Assembly: GCA_963662275.1 (NCBI GenBank)
Contig: OY759316.1
Location: forward strand, 3,936,001 to 4,000,000
DNA from: Candidatus Cloacimonadales bacterium
GTDB lineage: Bacteria; Cloacimonadota; Cloacimonadia; Cloacimonadales; DAONDQ01
DNA length: 64,000 nucleotides
Direction of reading: 5' to 3'
The position numbers and the translations under genes were made by a program. The notes beneath the pieces are model-generated. The model was not told the origin of the DNA. It did not search any database and worked only from the letters and a program-made list of their open reading frames with translations. Of this stretch, positions 29,342 through 38,338 are shown piece after piece (the first letter of the stretch is position 1; every line of letters starts with the position of its first letter).

Positions 29342-30136
29342 TTAAAAGTAGAAAGGATAACCCATCTTTTGAAACTCATCTTTCTGGTCTTTCAAGTATT
29401 TATCACCTAATCTATCGAAACCGCCCTGGGATTTAAATTTCTTCAGAAACTGATTAATCTTATTCTTCAATTCAGGATCACCTTTTCTCATGGCAATTCC
29501 CCACTTCTCTTTGACAAAGGGTGTCAGGATTGCATGTGTCGTTTCCCTATTTTTGCTCCAGTTTGTATATGTGGACATCTGGTCATAAATAAAAGCATCT
29601 GCTTTACCCTGAACAACTTCCAGTACACAGGCACTTTCTTTATCAAAGACCAGGACATGTGCTTTTTTGAGGCTATCCGCTGCATAAATTGCTCCAGTTG
29701 TACCTTTCTTAACGGCAACAGTGCGTTGAGAATTATCTAAATCCTGGATAGCCTGGACAGATGACTTTTTAGAGACTAAAAGACATAGACCTGTCTCCAG
29801 GTATGGATCAGAGAATTCAACAGTTTTACTGCGTTCTGTGGTAATTGTCATGGAAGAGATGATAATATCGATCTTATGAGACATCAGGGAAGGAATCAAG
29901 CCATCAAAACTGATATTTTCAATAATGACCTGCTTATCTAAAGCTTGTCCCATCTCTTTTGCCAAATCTACACTAATACCGGAAGGAGTACCAAGAGAGT
30001 CGGTCATTTCAAAGGGTGGATATGCGAGTTCCATACCTACTATTAGCTTTTCTTTGTCAGGGAGCTTAGCTTTACATCCAAAAGTCACGAATAAAAAGCA
30101 ACCTAGAAACAGGATAAAAAAAGATTGAACGCGCAT
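29342..30136 (-). CDS. Polar amino-acid ABC transporter substrate-binding lipoprotein
   Basis: Lipobox FGC, YPPFEM, FDGLIPSL, MTIT.ER and FSDPY. Confidence 0.93.
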   Translation of the reverse strand: MRVQSFFILFLGCFLFVTFGCKAKLPDKEKLIVGMELAYPPFEMTDSLGTPSGISVDLAKEMGQALDKQVIIENISFDGLIPSLMSHKIDIIISSMTITTERSKTVEFSDPYLETGLCLLVSKKSSVQAIQDLDNSQRTVAVKKGTTGAIYAADSLKKAHVLVFDKESACVLEVVQGKADAFIYDQMSTYTNWSKNRETTHAILTPFVKEKWGIAMRKGDPELKNKINQFLKKFKSQGGFDRLGDKYLKDQKDEFQKMGYPFYF

Positions 30137-30492
30137 CGTTTCTCCTTTTTATGGTAAATGGTTTATGATTCTAAAATACATGTTCTTGAAAACATGTCAT
30201 TATTGCATTTGCATATTTCTCTAATTTCCCTGAATCTTATGAATGAGACTCTGCATGGCTGTCAATTTCTTTCATTTTCTACCATTGTCCATACCAGGCA
30301 AAAGTCATGAAGATATTGGAGATTATTAATAAGAATATTGTGACCATCTAATTATTCCTTTATCATTTAATTTGTGAGTTTATCAGTTGAAATACAGTTT
30401 GTATGTCAACATCTTTGCTTGAAAACCAAAATCATTGACACGATGAAGGTTCTATGAAACAAATGTCATAAATATGAAGCGGAGAAGAAATC

Positions 30493-31623
30493 ATGACATT
30501 AGAAGAAACCTTCAGAAGTATAGACATCTTTACCGGATTGAATGAAGAAGAATTATCACACATTTCAAATCGCTTTGAGCAATTGAATGTTACAGCGAAT
30601 GAATCAGTTTTTTCAGAAGGTACAATCGGAGACTTCTTCTATATTATTTTAGGAGGGGAAGTTGTTATCAGGAAGATAATACCTGACCCAAAATCAACGC
30701 AAACTCCTCTCACTGTCATGGGACCAAATGAATTCTTTGGAGAGATGGCTCTGATTGATGAATTTCCCCGGTCTGCAAGTGCTATTGCGACAAAGGATTC
30801 TGTTTTAATTCGCATTAATAAAGAAAGTTTCAACGATTTATGCACGAGTTATCCCAAATTATTGTACAACATGATTAGAAGGTTGTCTTTCCGAATGCGT
30901 GAATCAAATACCCGGTTTATTGATGCCTTGGAAAATATCATGATAAAAAATAAATTGGCTGCTATTGGTATGGCTACCAGTAAAATTATTCATGATATTC
31001 GAACACCGCTTACGATAATTGTCCTTGCAGCACAAATTATTGAACAATTGTATCCACAGGCAGCGGAATTCAGCCATGACATTATCAAGCAAACGGATTT
31101 TCTAGACCAACTTCTAAAAGAAATGCTTGATTATGCCCATGGTAAGGAAAGTTCCATTTTCATTGCTCCATTTGACTTGGATGAAACACTGAAAGAATTA
31201 GTGCAATATGGGAAACAGATGAGCAAAGATAAAACCATTAGTTTTGAAATTTCAGTGCAGGTAAATCAGAATCTCTTTCTCGATGGGATGAAAATTAAAC
31301 GTGTTCTTTTCAATCTTCTAAAAAACAGCATTGAAGCGATTGCAGAAAACGGGACAATATACGTCAATGCCGATATCCAGGGAAAGTATCTTCATCTTAT
31401 GATAGCAGATACAGGTACCGGTGTTCCTGAATCGATGCAGAAAAACTTATTCGATCCCTTCTTCACTTCTGGAAAGAGAATGGGAACAGGTTTGGGTTTA
31501 GCAATATGTGAGAAAATCATACATGATCACCAGGGAACTATCACTTATAGTAATCGGGAAGGTGGTGGTTCACAATTTGATATCCTTCTCCCATTGGTTT
31601 TTGAAAGACCGGAATTGGATTAA
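30493..31623 (+). CDS. Cyclic-nucleotide-binding domain sensor histidine kinase
   Basis: FFGEMALIDEFPRSASA (cNMP cassette), HDIRTPL, NLLKNS, DTGTG, FDPFFT and GTGLGL. Confidence 0.9.
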   Translation: MTLEETFRSIDIFTGLNEEELSHISNRFEQLNVTANESVFSEGTIGDFFYIILGGEVVIRKIIPDPKSTQTPLTVMGPNEFFGEMALIDEFPRSASAIATKDSVLIRINKESFNDLCTSYPKLLYNMIRRLSFRMRESNTRFIDALENIMIKNKLAAIGMATSKIIHDIRTPLTIIVLAAQIIEQLYPQAAEFSHDIIKQTDFLDQLLKEMLDYAHGKESSIFIAPFDLDETLKELVQYGKQMSKDKTISFEISVQVNQNLFLDGMKIKRVLFNLLKNSIEAIAENGTIYVNADIQGKYLHLMIADTGTGVPESMQKNLFDPFFTSGKRMGTGLGLAICEKIIHDHQGTITYSNREGGGSQFDILLPLVFERPELD

Positions 31624-31709
31624 AATGCACTCATTTCAATAAATTACTTGCCAGTATTCAAGCTCCCCTTTTCGTTGACTCATTATATGAAATTCCAGGA
31701 TGGTGAATC

Positions 31710-31901
31710 ATGTCAAGAATATGTGATGTATGTGGAAAAGGTGCACAAAACGGTAATCACCGCAGTCATGCTTTAAATGCTACCAAGCGTAAATTTTATC
31801 CGAATTTGCAGGAAATCAGAGCTGAATTCCAAGGTAAGATTGCCAAGATTAAGATTTGTATGTCTTGTCTGAAAGCAAATAAGGTAAGAAAAGTCGTTTA
31901 A
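31710..31901 (+). CDS. rpmB: 50S ribosomal protein L28
   Basis: [10 protein letters not shown]...GNHRSHA.NATKR.F.PNLQ...C..CLK (Zn-ribbon form). Confidence 0.97.
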   Translation: MSRICDVCGKGAQNGNHRSHALNATKRKFYPNLQEIRAEFQGKIAKIKICMSCLKANKVRKVV

Positions 31902-31927
31902 GATAGTAAACAATTTGTTAGATACTT

Positions 31928-31955
31928 AAAAGACCGGTTTATCCGGTCTTTTTTT
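31928..31955 (+). terminator. Rho-independent terminator after rpmB
   Basis: AAAAGACCGG-TTTAT-CCGGTCTTTTTTT. Confidence 0.9.
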
Positions 31956-32051
31956 ACTGCTGTTAATAACTTATCTCTTTTTCCGTTCGTCCTCTGTGTA
32001 TGTGCTGCTGATGGCAAATGAACACAAAATACTGGCTCGTATATGGCAGAA

Positions 32052-32590
32052 GGTAATAGGTATTAGGTAATAGGTAATAGACCAGAACAGTGTAGGGATT
32101 CATGGCAATAAATCCGTTCTTCTCTGCCAATCTTCCATTTTCAATATTCCATTCAGCTAACTCTGCATCTGCATTTCAAGCATTCGCACTTCGTACTTCG
32201 AACTTCCAAATAAGTCTCATGGAAGATAAAAAATACATAAAAGAAACAAAAACTAAAGAAAATCTAAGGAAAATCTAAAAAAGTCTAGATGATCCCTAGA
32301 TGATGCCTAGATAATCCCTAGATGAAACCCAGCTCAAAAAGAAAGTGCGAAGTGCGAGGTTCGAAGTCCGAAATTCCGGAGTTGTGGAGTAAGACGCCGA
32401 TCTTACTGAATCTGCTCTTCTCTTGTTCGCACTTCGCACTTCGAACTTCGAACTTCGAGATGAGGGAGCTAGTTCTGTTCTTCTCTTCATCCCCTTGGGA
32501 AGGAGTAGGTGAAATCCCCCCTTGGGAAGGGGGGTAGGGGGGTCTCTTCTCTGGATCTGGCACCTAATACCTAGCACCTAAAACCTATAA
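32052..32590. repeat. Cluster of short tandem repeats: heptamers (TAGGTAA, TTCGNAC), an 11-bp-period CTAGATGATNC array and a REP copy
   Basis: Heptamers at 32052-32080, 32182-32205, 32345-32373, 32426-32458 and 32561-32587. CTA every 10-11 bp from 32253 to 32320. REP at 32515-32544. Confidence 0.8.
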
Positions 32591-32608
32591 CGACGAAGGA
32601 GTTATATC

Positions 32609-33067
32609 ATGAAACCTTTATTTAGACATTCCGTCCGCGGTTTTAAAGGCATTAACCGAAAAGAAGATCTTGTCTATTGCGAATATAACAATGGCGAATT
32701 GATCTTAGCCAGGACATTGCCGAAAAGAAAACCTACAACCCAAAACGTGGAAATGGGTAAGATCACCAGAAACCTGCATAAGCTGTATGAATCTGTTTCC
32801 GCAGAATACAAACGAGACCTTGCCACTTATGCCCTGCTGCTTCAAAGTAAACACCCAACAAAAGGTAAAATTGCGATCAGGGCTTATGGTCTGTTTTCGA
32901 AAATGCTGTGGACTTTGAAGAAACAACAACCGGAAATTGATTTACTGACGATAACAAGACAGGAAATCATAACTTATCAGTATCCTGTTCGATCTGTAAT
33001 GGAGGCAATGCAAGAAGAATTGTTGTTGGAAATCGAAGAGGCGAATATGCTTACGCATGAAATCTGA
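32609..33067 (+). CDS. Hypothetical basic protein
   Basis: 152-aa ORF with an AAGGAG RBS. A paralogous C-terminal fragment lies downstream. Confidence 0.75.
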   Translation: MKPLFRHSVRGFKGINRKEDLVYCEYNNGELILARTLPKRKPTTQNVEMGKITRNLHKLYESVSAEYKRDLATYALLLQSKHPTKGKIAIRAYGLFSKMLWTLKKQQPEIDLLTITRQEIITYQYPVRSVMEAMQEELLLEIEEANMLTHEI

Positions 33068-33224
33068 ATTGCACTGCTTCGTACATCGAACTTCGAACTT
33101 CGGACTTCGAAATGGGGCAATGATGCTGACAAACGAGATATGAAAATCCCCCCTTGAGAAGGGGGGTAGGGGGGTCTATTTTGTGAACTGTTACCTGTGA
33201 GCTGTACGCTGTAAGCTTCTGTCA

Positions 33225-33314
33225 GAATATCCGATAATTACTGTTGTAGAAGCGATGCAATCCGGATTACTGGTAGAAATTGAAGAAGCGAATATGCTAA
33301 ATCATCAGATGTAA
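33225..33314 (+). pseudogene. 3' remnant of a paralog of 32609-33067
   Basis: EYPIITVVEAMQSGLLVEIEEANMLNHQM* aligns with QYPVRSVMEAMQEELLLEIEEANMLTHEI*. Confidence 0.8.
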
Positions 33315-33483
33315 GCAATGCAAAGTAGGGATAGACCCGTGTGTCTATCCCTCTTTTCTTATCTATTTCTCCCTTTAGATAAAGGGAGATGTCACGGCAT
33401 GACAGAGAGTTTGATGCTCTGCTCTTCTCTGGCAATTTTAACTATCTATTTTCCCTTCTGAAAACTCATGAATATAAATTTTC

Positions 33484-33511
33484 TTGACTATCATTATTAT
33501 ATAAATATTAT
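33484..33511 (+). promoter_or_regulatory. Putative sigma70 promoter
   Basis: TTGACT-N16-TATTAT upstream of the Ntn-hydrolase gene, but in an AT-rich context. Confidence 0.4.
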
Positions 33512-33576
33512 TTGATATTTTGATTCGTTGGAATTGAGGCTTTATAATTATTTAGTATATTTTGGAGGGAAGTTTT

Positions 33577-34869
33577 ATGACTGCTATTATTGGAATCATG
33601 AACAAACGGGCAATTGCTATTGCAGCAGATAGTGCTGTTTATGTTAATTCTGCTGAAGGTCACAAAATATATAATACTGCCAATAAAATATTTACATTAT
33701 CCAAGCATCATCCAATTGCAGTTATGATTTATAACTCTTCTGATTTGATGACGATTCCCTGGGAAACAATCATTAAAATGTATCGAGATAAGATTGACTC
33801 TAACTCATATCCTAAGTTAAGTGATTACAAAGATGATTTCATAAATTATGTAAAAGAAAACTATGTTACCAACAACTTGTTGATATCTAATGAAAAACAA
33901 AAAAATATGCAGTTACAGAATCTTCAGAGTTTTTCACCAAGAATTCTGACTCAAATGGCAGGACATAGTTTAGAAGATTTTACAGAAGAAGAACTCACTA
34001 AATTTCTTAATGAGTTAGATCCTGGTATTCTTGAAAGTTATGTTAATGACCAAAAAGAACAAATTATCAATGATAATCTTATAATTCATGAGTTAGATGA
34101 TTATTCATTTGAACACTTTACAAACTACTTGTACAGTGATTTCAAAGCTTTTCTCTCACAATTCATGAGCGGAAATCCGAACATTGATAGAATTTCCTCT
34201 TTGTTATTAGAATTGTATTTTCTTTGTTATATCAAGATAGGAAATATCGAAAATCTTTGGACAGGTCTGGTATTTATCGGTTTTGGAAATGACGAAATAT
34301 ATCCTAGAATGTATGAATTGCTTATTGGTGAAGTTTTTGACTATAAATTAAGGTATTATGAAGGAAGAAGTGTAATCATTGATGATCAGTTTAATGGCGC
34401 TATCATGCCATTTGCCCAAAGAGACGTTATTGATAATATCATAACAGGAATTAATTCTGAGATTACTTCAGCTTATGCCAATACAATGTTCAGTGTTCTA
34501 AAAAGCTATAATCAAAAATTAATTGACGTTTTTAGTGAAGATCCAGAAATTACAAAAGAGATTTCAAGTCTGAATATCAGTGAGTGGGTAGATGTCTTTA
34601 ACAAAACAATGGGGGAATATATCGGGAACAAGTTCATTCTTCCTATTGTCAATGCGGTATCTACTTTATCAAAAGAAGATTTGGCAGAAATGGCAGAGAG
34701 TTTAATTAAATTAACTTATCTGCAGAGAAGAATGAGTTTTCATGAAGAAAGTGTGGGCGGACCAATAGATGTCGCTATAATATCTAAGGGTGATGGATTT
34801 GTTTGGATAAAAAGGAAACAGTATTTTGATCCCAAAATCAATCAGCACTTTATTAAGAATTATTTATAA
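33577..34869 (+). CDS. Ntn-hydrolase / proteasome-beta-like protein with a large insertion
   Basis: ATG 33577 behind GGAGGG gives M-TAIIG...IAADS...NKIF, the Thr1/Asp17/Lys pattern of proteasome beta and HslV. C-terminal SVGGPIDVAIISK. Confidence 0.7.
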   Translation: MTAIIGIMNKRAIAIAADSAVYVNSAEGHKIYNTANKIFTLSKHHPIAVMIYNSSDLMTIPWETIIKMYRDKIDSNSYPKLSDYKDDFINYVKENYVTNNLLISNEKQKNMQLQNLQSFSPRILTQMAGHSLEDFTEEELTKFLNELDPGILESYVNDQKEQIINDNLIIHELDDYSFEHFTNYLYSDFKAFLSQFMSGNPNIDRISSLLLELYFLCYIKIGNIENLWTGLVFIGFGNDEIYPRMYELLIGEVFDYKLRYYEGRSVIIDDQFNGAIMPFAQRDVIDNIITGINSEITSAYANTMFSVLKSYNQKLIDVFSEDPEITKEISSLNISEWVDVFNKTMGEYIGNKFILPIVNAVSTLSKEDLAEMAESLIKLTYLQRRMSFHEESVGGPIDVAIISKGDGFVWIKRKQYFDPKINQHFIKNYL

Positions 34870-34881
34870 AAGGAGTATATC

Positions 34882-35061
34882 ATGTGGCCTCAAAGCAAAC
34901 CTACTGTTGATGATGAGAAACAGATTTGGCTAACAAAACTGATTTCTAAAAACAACAAAGACGAAATCACAGAAGAGACTACTCCCGAAGAGTTAGCCCA
35001 AATAATAAGCAAAAGGATTATGGCGATTATTGATCGTCAATTAGCAAACGCAAAAAACTAA
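34882..35061 (+). CDS. Small hypothetical protein (59 aa), not in the ORF track
   Basis: AGGAG RBS, 12 bp after the upstream stop, followed directly by a terminator. Sequence MWPQSKPTVDDEKQIWLTKLISKNNKDEITEETTPEELAQIISKRIMAIIDRQLANAKN. Confidence 0.7.
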   Translation: MWPQSKPTVDDEKQIWLTKLISKNNKDEITEETTPEELAQIISKRIMAIIDRQLANAKN

Positions 35062-35068
35062 TAACCTT

Positions 35069-35116
35069 ACATAAAAAATCCTTCACGAAAAGTGAAGGAT
35101 TTTTTTATGTTTTTTT
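35069..35116 (+). terminator. Rho-independent terminator
   Basis: ACATAAAAAATCCTTCAC-GAAAA-GTGAAGGATTTTTTTATGT followed by a T run. Confidence 0.9.
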
Positions 35117-35254
35117 CTCTGCTAATTCGGAAGCCTACAAGCTTCTGCCATAAATGTTCTCTTTATTCATTCCAGTTTGAGAGGGTAGATGGCAAGAAAT
35201 GATGGATAAGTTACTTTTAACTTTTTCGAATAGAGCTTTTTCCATCTACAATCC

Positions 35255-35303
35255 TGTCATTCCCGACCATGTCATTCCCGACCTGATCGAGAATCGGGAA
35301 TCC
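35255..35303. repeat. REP-like GTCATTCCCGACC...TCGGGAATCC with a duplicated left arm
   Basis: TGTCATTCCCGACC occurs twice, followed by the ATTCCCGA/TCGGGAAT palindrome. Confidence 0.65.
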
Positions 35304-35519
35304 ATATCAATTAAACAGTGATAGGAACATGCTGCTTGGGATTTTATTAAATCTGATTCCTAAAGGTAGCCTCATGTTTTATCATTGACAGATAATGTTT
35401 GCTCAAATAGATGAATTATTGAAAGAGTTTCCATCCCGATACAGCTAACGAAAGAATACAAAGACATCTTATAATACCTGATTGAAGCGTTTGAATCTAC
35501 TTTTGAAAGGAAGTCATAA

Positions 35520-37079
35520 ATGACAAAAGAACAAGAAAGAGATGAGTTACACCGCGCTATATGGCAGATTGCCACGGATTTACGGGGCAGCGTTGACGGA
35601 TGGGATTTCAAATCCTATGTGCTGGGTATGTTATTTTACAGATTTATTTCAGAGAACCTGACTCTATTTTTAAACAAGGAAGAACAGCGTACAGGAAACA
35701 AAGACTTTAATTATGCTGAATTATCTGACAAGGAAGCCGAGTTTGGCAGGGCTGATACGGTAAAAGAAAAAGGCTTTTATGTCCTCCCCTCCGAGCTGTT
35801 TTTTAATGTTCGCAAAAACGCAAAGAACGATGCTGATCTGAATGAAACACTGAGTAGGATTTTTACCAACATTGAAAACTCCGCTAAAGGGACCGAGAGC
35901 GAAAATGATTTGAAGGGTTTGTTTGATGATATAGACCTTAACAGCAACAAATTGGGAGCCACTGTACAAAAAAGAAATGAAAAGCTGGTAAAGATATTGG
36001 ATGCCATTGGTGGACTAAATCTGGGTGATTATCAGGATAATACGAATGATACTTTCGGTGATGCCTACGAATTTCTGATGACCATGTATGCCAGTAATGC
36101 CGGTAAATCAGGGGGAGAATTCTTTACGCCCCAGGAAGTTTCCGAATTACTCGCTGAAATGGCAGTAGTCGGCAAAAAAGAAGTCAATAAGGTCTATGAC
36201 CCTGCCTGCGGTTCCGGTTCACTACTGCTCAAATTTGCTAAAGTACTGGGCAAAGAAAATGTCCGTCAGGGATTTTATGGACAAGAGATAAATCTTTCCA
36301 CCTACAATCTGTGCCGCATCAATATGTTTCTGCACGATGTCAACTTTGAGAAGTTCGATATCGCTCATGGTGATACTTTAATGGATCCTAAACACTGGGA
36401 TGATGAGCCGTTTGATGCCATTGTTTCCAATCCTCCCTACTCCATCCACTGGGATGGAGATGCCAACCCCTTATTGATAAATGATCCCCGTTTTTCACCT
36501 GCAGGAGTGCTTGCTCCCAAAAGCAAAGCCGACCTTGCTTTTACCATGCACATGCTTTCCTGGCTTTCGACATCCGGCACTGCGGCTATTGTTGAATTCC
36601 CTGGAGTTTTGTATCGTGGTGGGGCTGAACAGAAGATTCGCAAATACCTAATCGACAACAATTACATTGATACGGTTATTCAACTCCCGCCTGATTTGTT
36701 CTTTGGAACTACCATTGCCACCTGTATTATCGTGATTAAAAAGAGCAAAAAAGACAATGCCACCCTGTTTATTGATGCCTCTGCCGAGTTTGTACGGGGA
36801 GGCAACAAAAACAAGCTTTCTGAAGCCAACCGCAAACGTATCCTGAATGCCTTTATTCAGCGTCAAGACGAAGACTACTTTACCAGGCTGGTTCCCAATA
36901 GCGAGATTGCAGAGAATGAGTACAATATCGCAGTAAGCTCTTTTGTAATTCGGGAAGATACAAGTGAGGATGTCGATATAGAACAGCTCAATGCCCATAT
37001 TGCAGAGATTGTGATTAGACAGAACCATCTGCGCACTGCTATTGATGAGATAGTAGCTGATTTGGAAGGTACTGTATGA
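35520..37079 (+). CDS. hsdM: Type I restriction-modification methyltransferase subunit (type IC-like)
   Basis: IW.IA.DLRGSVDGWDFK, GKSGGEFFTPQEVS, YDPACGSGSLL and NPPY. Confidence 0.96.
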   Translation: MTKEQERDELHRAIWQIATDLRGSVDGWDFKSYVLGMLFYRFISENLTLFLNKEEQRTGNKDFNYAELSDKEAEFGRADTVKEKGFYVLPSELFFNVRKNAKNDADLNETLSRIFTNIENSAKGTESENDLKGLFDDIDLNSNKLGATVQKRNEKLVKILDAIGGLNLGDYQDNTNDTFGDAYEFLMTMYASNAGKSGGEFFTPQEVSELLAEMAVVGKKEVNKVYDPACGSGSLLLKFAKVLGKENVRQGFYGQEINLSTYNLCRINMFLHDVNFEKFDIAHGDTLMDPKHWDDEPFDAIVSNPPYSIHWDGDANPLLINDPRFSPAGVLAPKSKADLAFTMHMLSWLSTSGTAAIVEFPGVLYRGGAEQKIRKYLIDNNYIDTVIQLPPDLFFGTTIATCIIVIKKSKKDNATLFIDASAEFVRGGNKNKLSEANRKRILNAFIQRQDEDYFTRLVPNSEIAENEYNIAVSSFVIREDTSEDVDIEQLNAHIAEIVIRQNHLRTAIDEIVADLEGTV

Positions 37080-37101
37080 TTACTTTCAAAGAGATAGCGT
37101 T

Positions 37102-38331
37102 ATGAACACGATAGATGGATTGATACAAGAACTATGTCCAGATGGAGTGGAGTGGAATACTCTGGGGGAGGCATGTCAATATATTTCAGCTGGAGGAGAT
37201 TTACCCAATAATTATAAAAAAGGTCAGACAATTCCTTCAGCAGACTTTCCATATCCAATTTTTTCGAATGGCACAGAAAAAAATGCTCTTTATGGTTATA
37301 CGGATAGCTTTAAGATTGATGCTGAAGCTGTAACTATTTCTGCACGTGGTACGATAGGATATCATACTGTACGTAATCCAAAATTTACACCAATCGTTCG
37401 ACTGATAACCTTGATCCCTAAGCAAGAGTATATTATTGCTAAGTACCTAAATTATGTTTTAGATATTACAATCATAGGCTCTTCTGGAGGAAGTATTCCT
37501 CAATTGACTGTGCCAAATGTTAAGAAAATCTCTATCCCCATCCCCCCTCTGCCTATTCAGCAGGAGATTGTCAGCATACTCGACAAGTTTACTAAGCTGG
37601 AGGCGGAGCTGGAGGCGGAGCTGGAGGCGGAGCTGGAGGCCCGCAAAAAACAGTATGAATTTTACCGTAATCAATTACTGACACCCGCTGATGTTGATGG
37701 CAAATGGTATTTGAATGGTAAAGACGTAATATGGGTTGAAATTGAAGAAGTTTTCCATCTACGAAATGGATATACTCCATCAAAAACAAGAAGTGATTTT
37801 TGGACAAACGGAAAGATCCCTTGGTTTCGATTAGAAGACATAAGAGAAAACGGAAGAATTTTGTCAGATTCTATACAGCATATTACTTCGGATGCTATTA
37901 AGGGAAAAGGACTATTCCCAGCTAATTCAATCATACTAACTACATCGGCAACAATAGGAGAGCATGCGCTAATTACAATGGCTTTTTTAGCGAATCAGAG
38001 ATTTACATGTATGTCAGTAAAACAAGCTTATTATTCAAAACTTAACGTGTTCTATATGCAATACTACATGTATGTTGTTGATGAGTGGTGTAAAAATAAT
38101 ATTAACGTATCAGGTTTTGCAAGCGTAGATATGGACAAATTTCGGAAACTAAAAATCCCTATCCCACCTCTTGACGAACAGGAGCGTATTGTAACCATAT
38201 TGGATAAATTCGATGCTTTGGTCAATGACATATCATTCGGTCTTCCTGCCGAAATAGAAGCCAGAAGAAAGCAATATGAGTACTATCGGAAAAAGCTGCT
38301 GACCTTCAAAAACATCTCAGATGTTTCATGA
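37102..38331 (+). CDS. hsdS: Type I restriction-modification specificity subunit
   Basis: Two TRDs, each followed by IPIPPL..Q..IV.ILDKF. Central AELEAELEAELEARKKQY. Confidence 0.95.
   Translation: MNTIDGLIQELCPDGVEWNTLGEACQYISAGGDLPNNYKKGQTIPSADFPYPIFSNGTEKNALYGYTDSFKIDAEAVTISARGTIGYHTVRNPKFTPIVRLITLIPKQEYIIAKYLNYVLDITIIGSSGGSIPQLTVPNVKKISIPIPPLPIQQEIVSILDKFTKLEAELEAELEAELEARKKQYEFYRNQLLTPADVDGKWYLNGKDVIWVEIEEVFHLRNGYTPSKTRSDFWTNGKIPWFRLEDIRENGRILSDSIQHITSDAIKGKGLFPANSIILTTSATIGEHALITMAFLANQRFTCMSVKQAYYSKLNVFYMQYYMYVVDEWCKNNINVSGFASVDMDKFRKLKIPIPPLDEQERIVTILDKFDALVNDISFGLPAEIEARRKQYEYYRKKLLTFKNISDVS
37597..37640 (+). repeat. 12-bp tandem repeat CTGGAGGCGGAG x3 plus a partial copy in hsdS
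   Basis: Perfect units at 37597, 37609 and 37621, partial at 37633. Encodes LEAE repeats. Confidence 0.95.
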
Positions 38332-38338
38332 GGTAAAG

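Noticed and set aside
32296..32577. Short ORFs over the heptamer/REP repeats (also 18504-18888, 20596-20984, 21662-22060)
   Set aside because: They are translations of repeats or antisense shadows of real genes.
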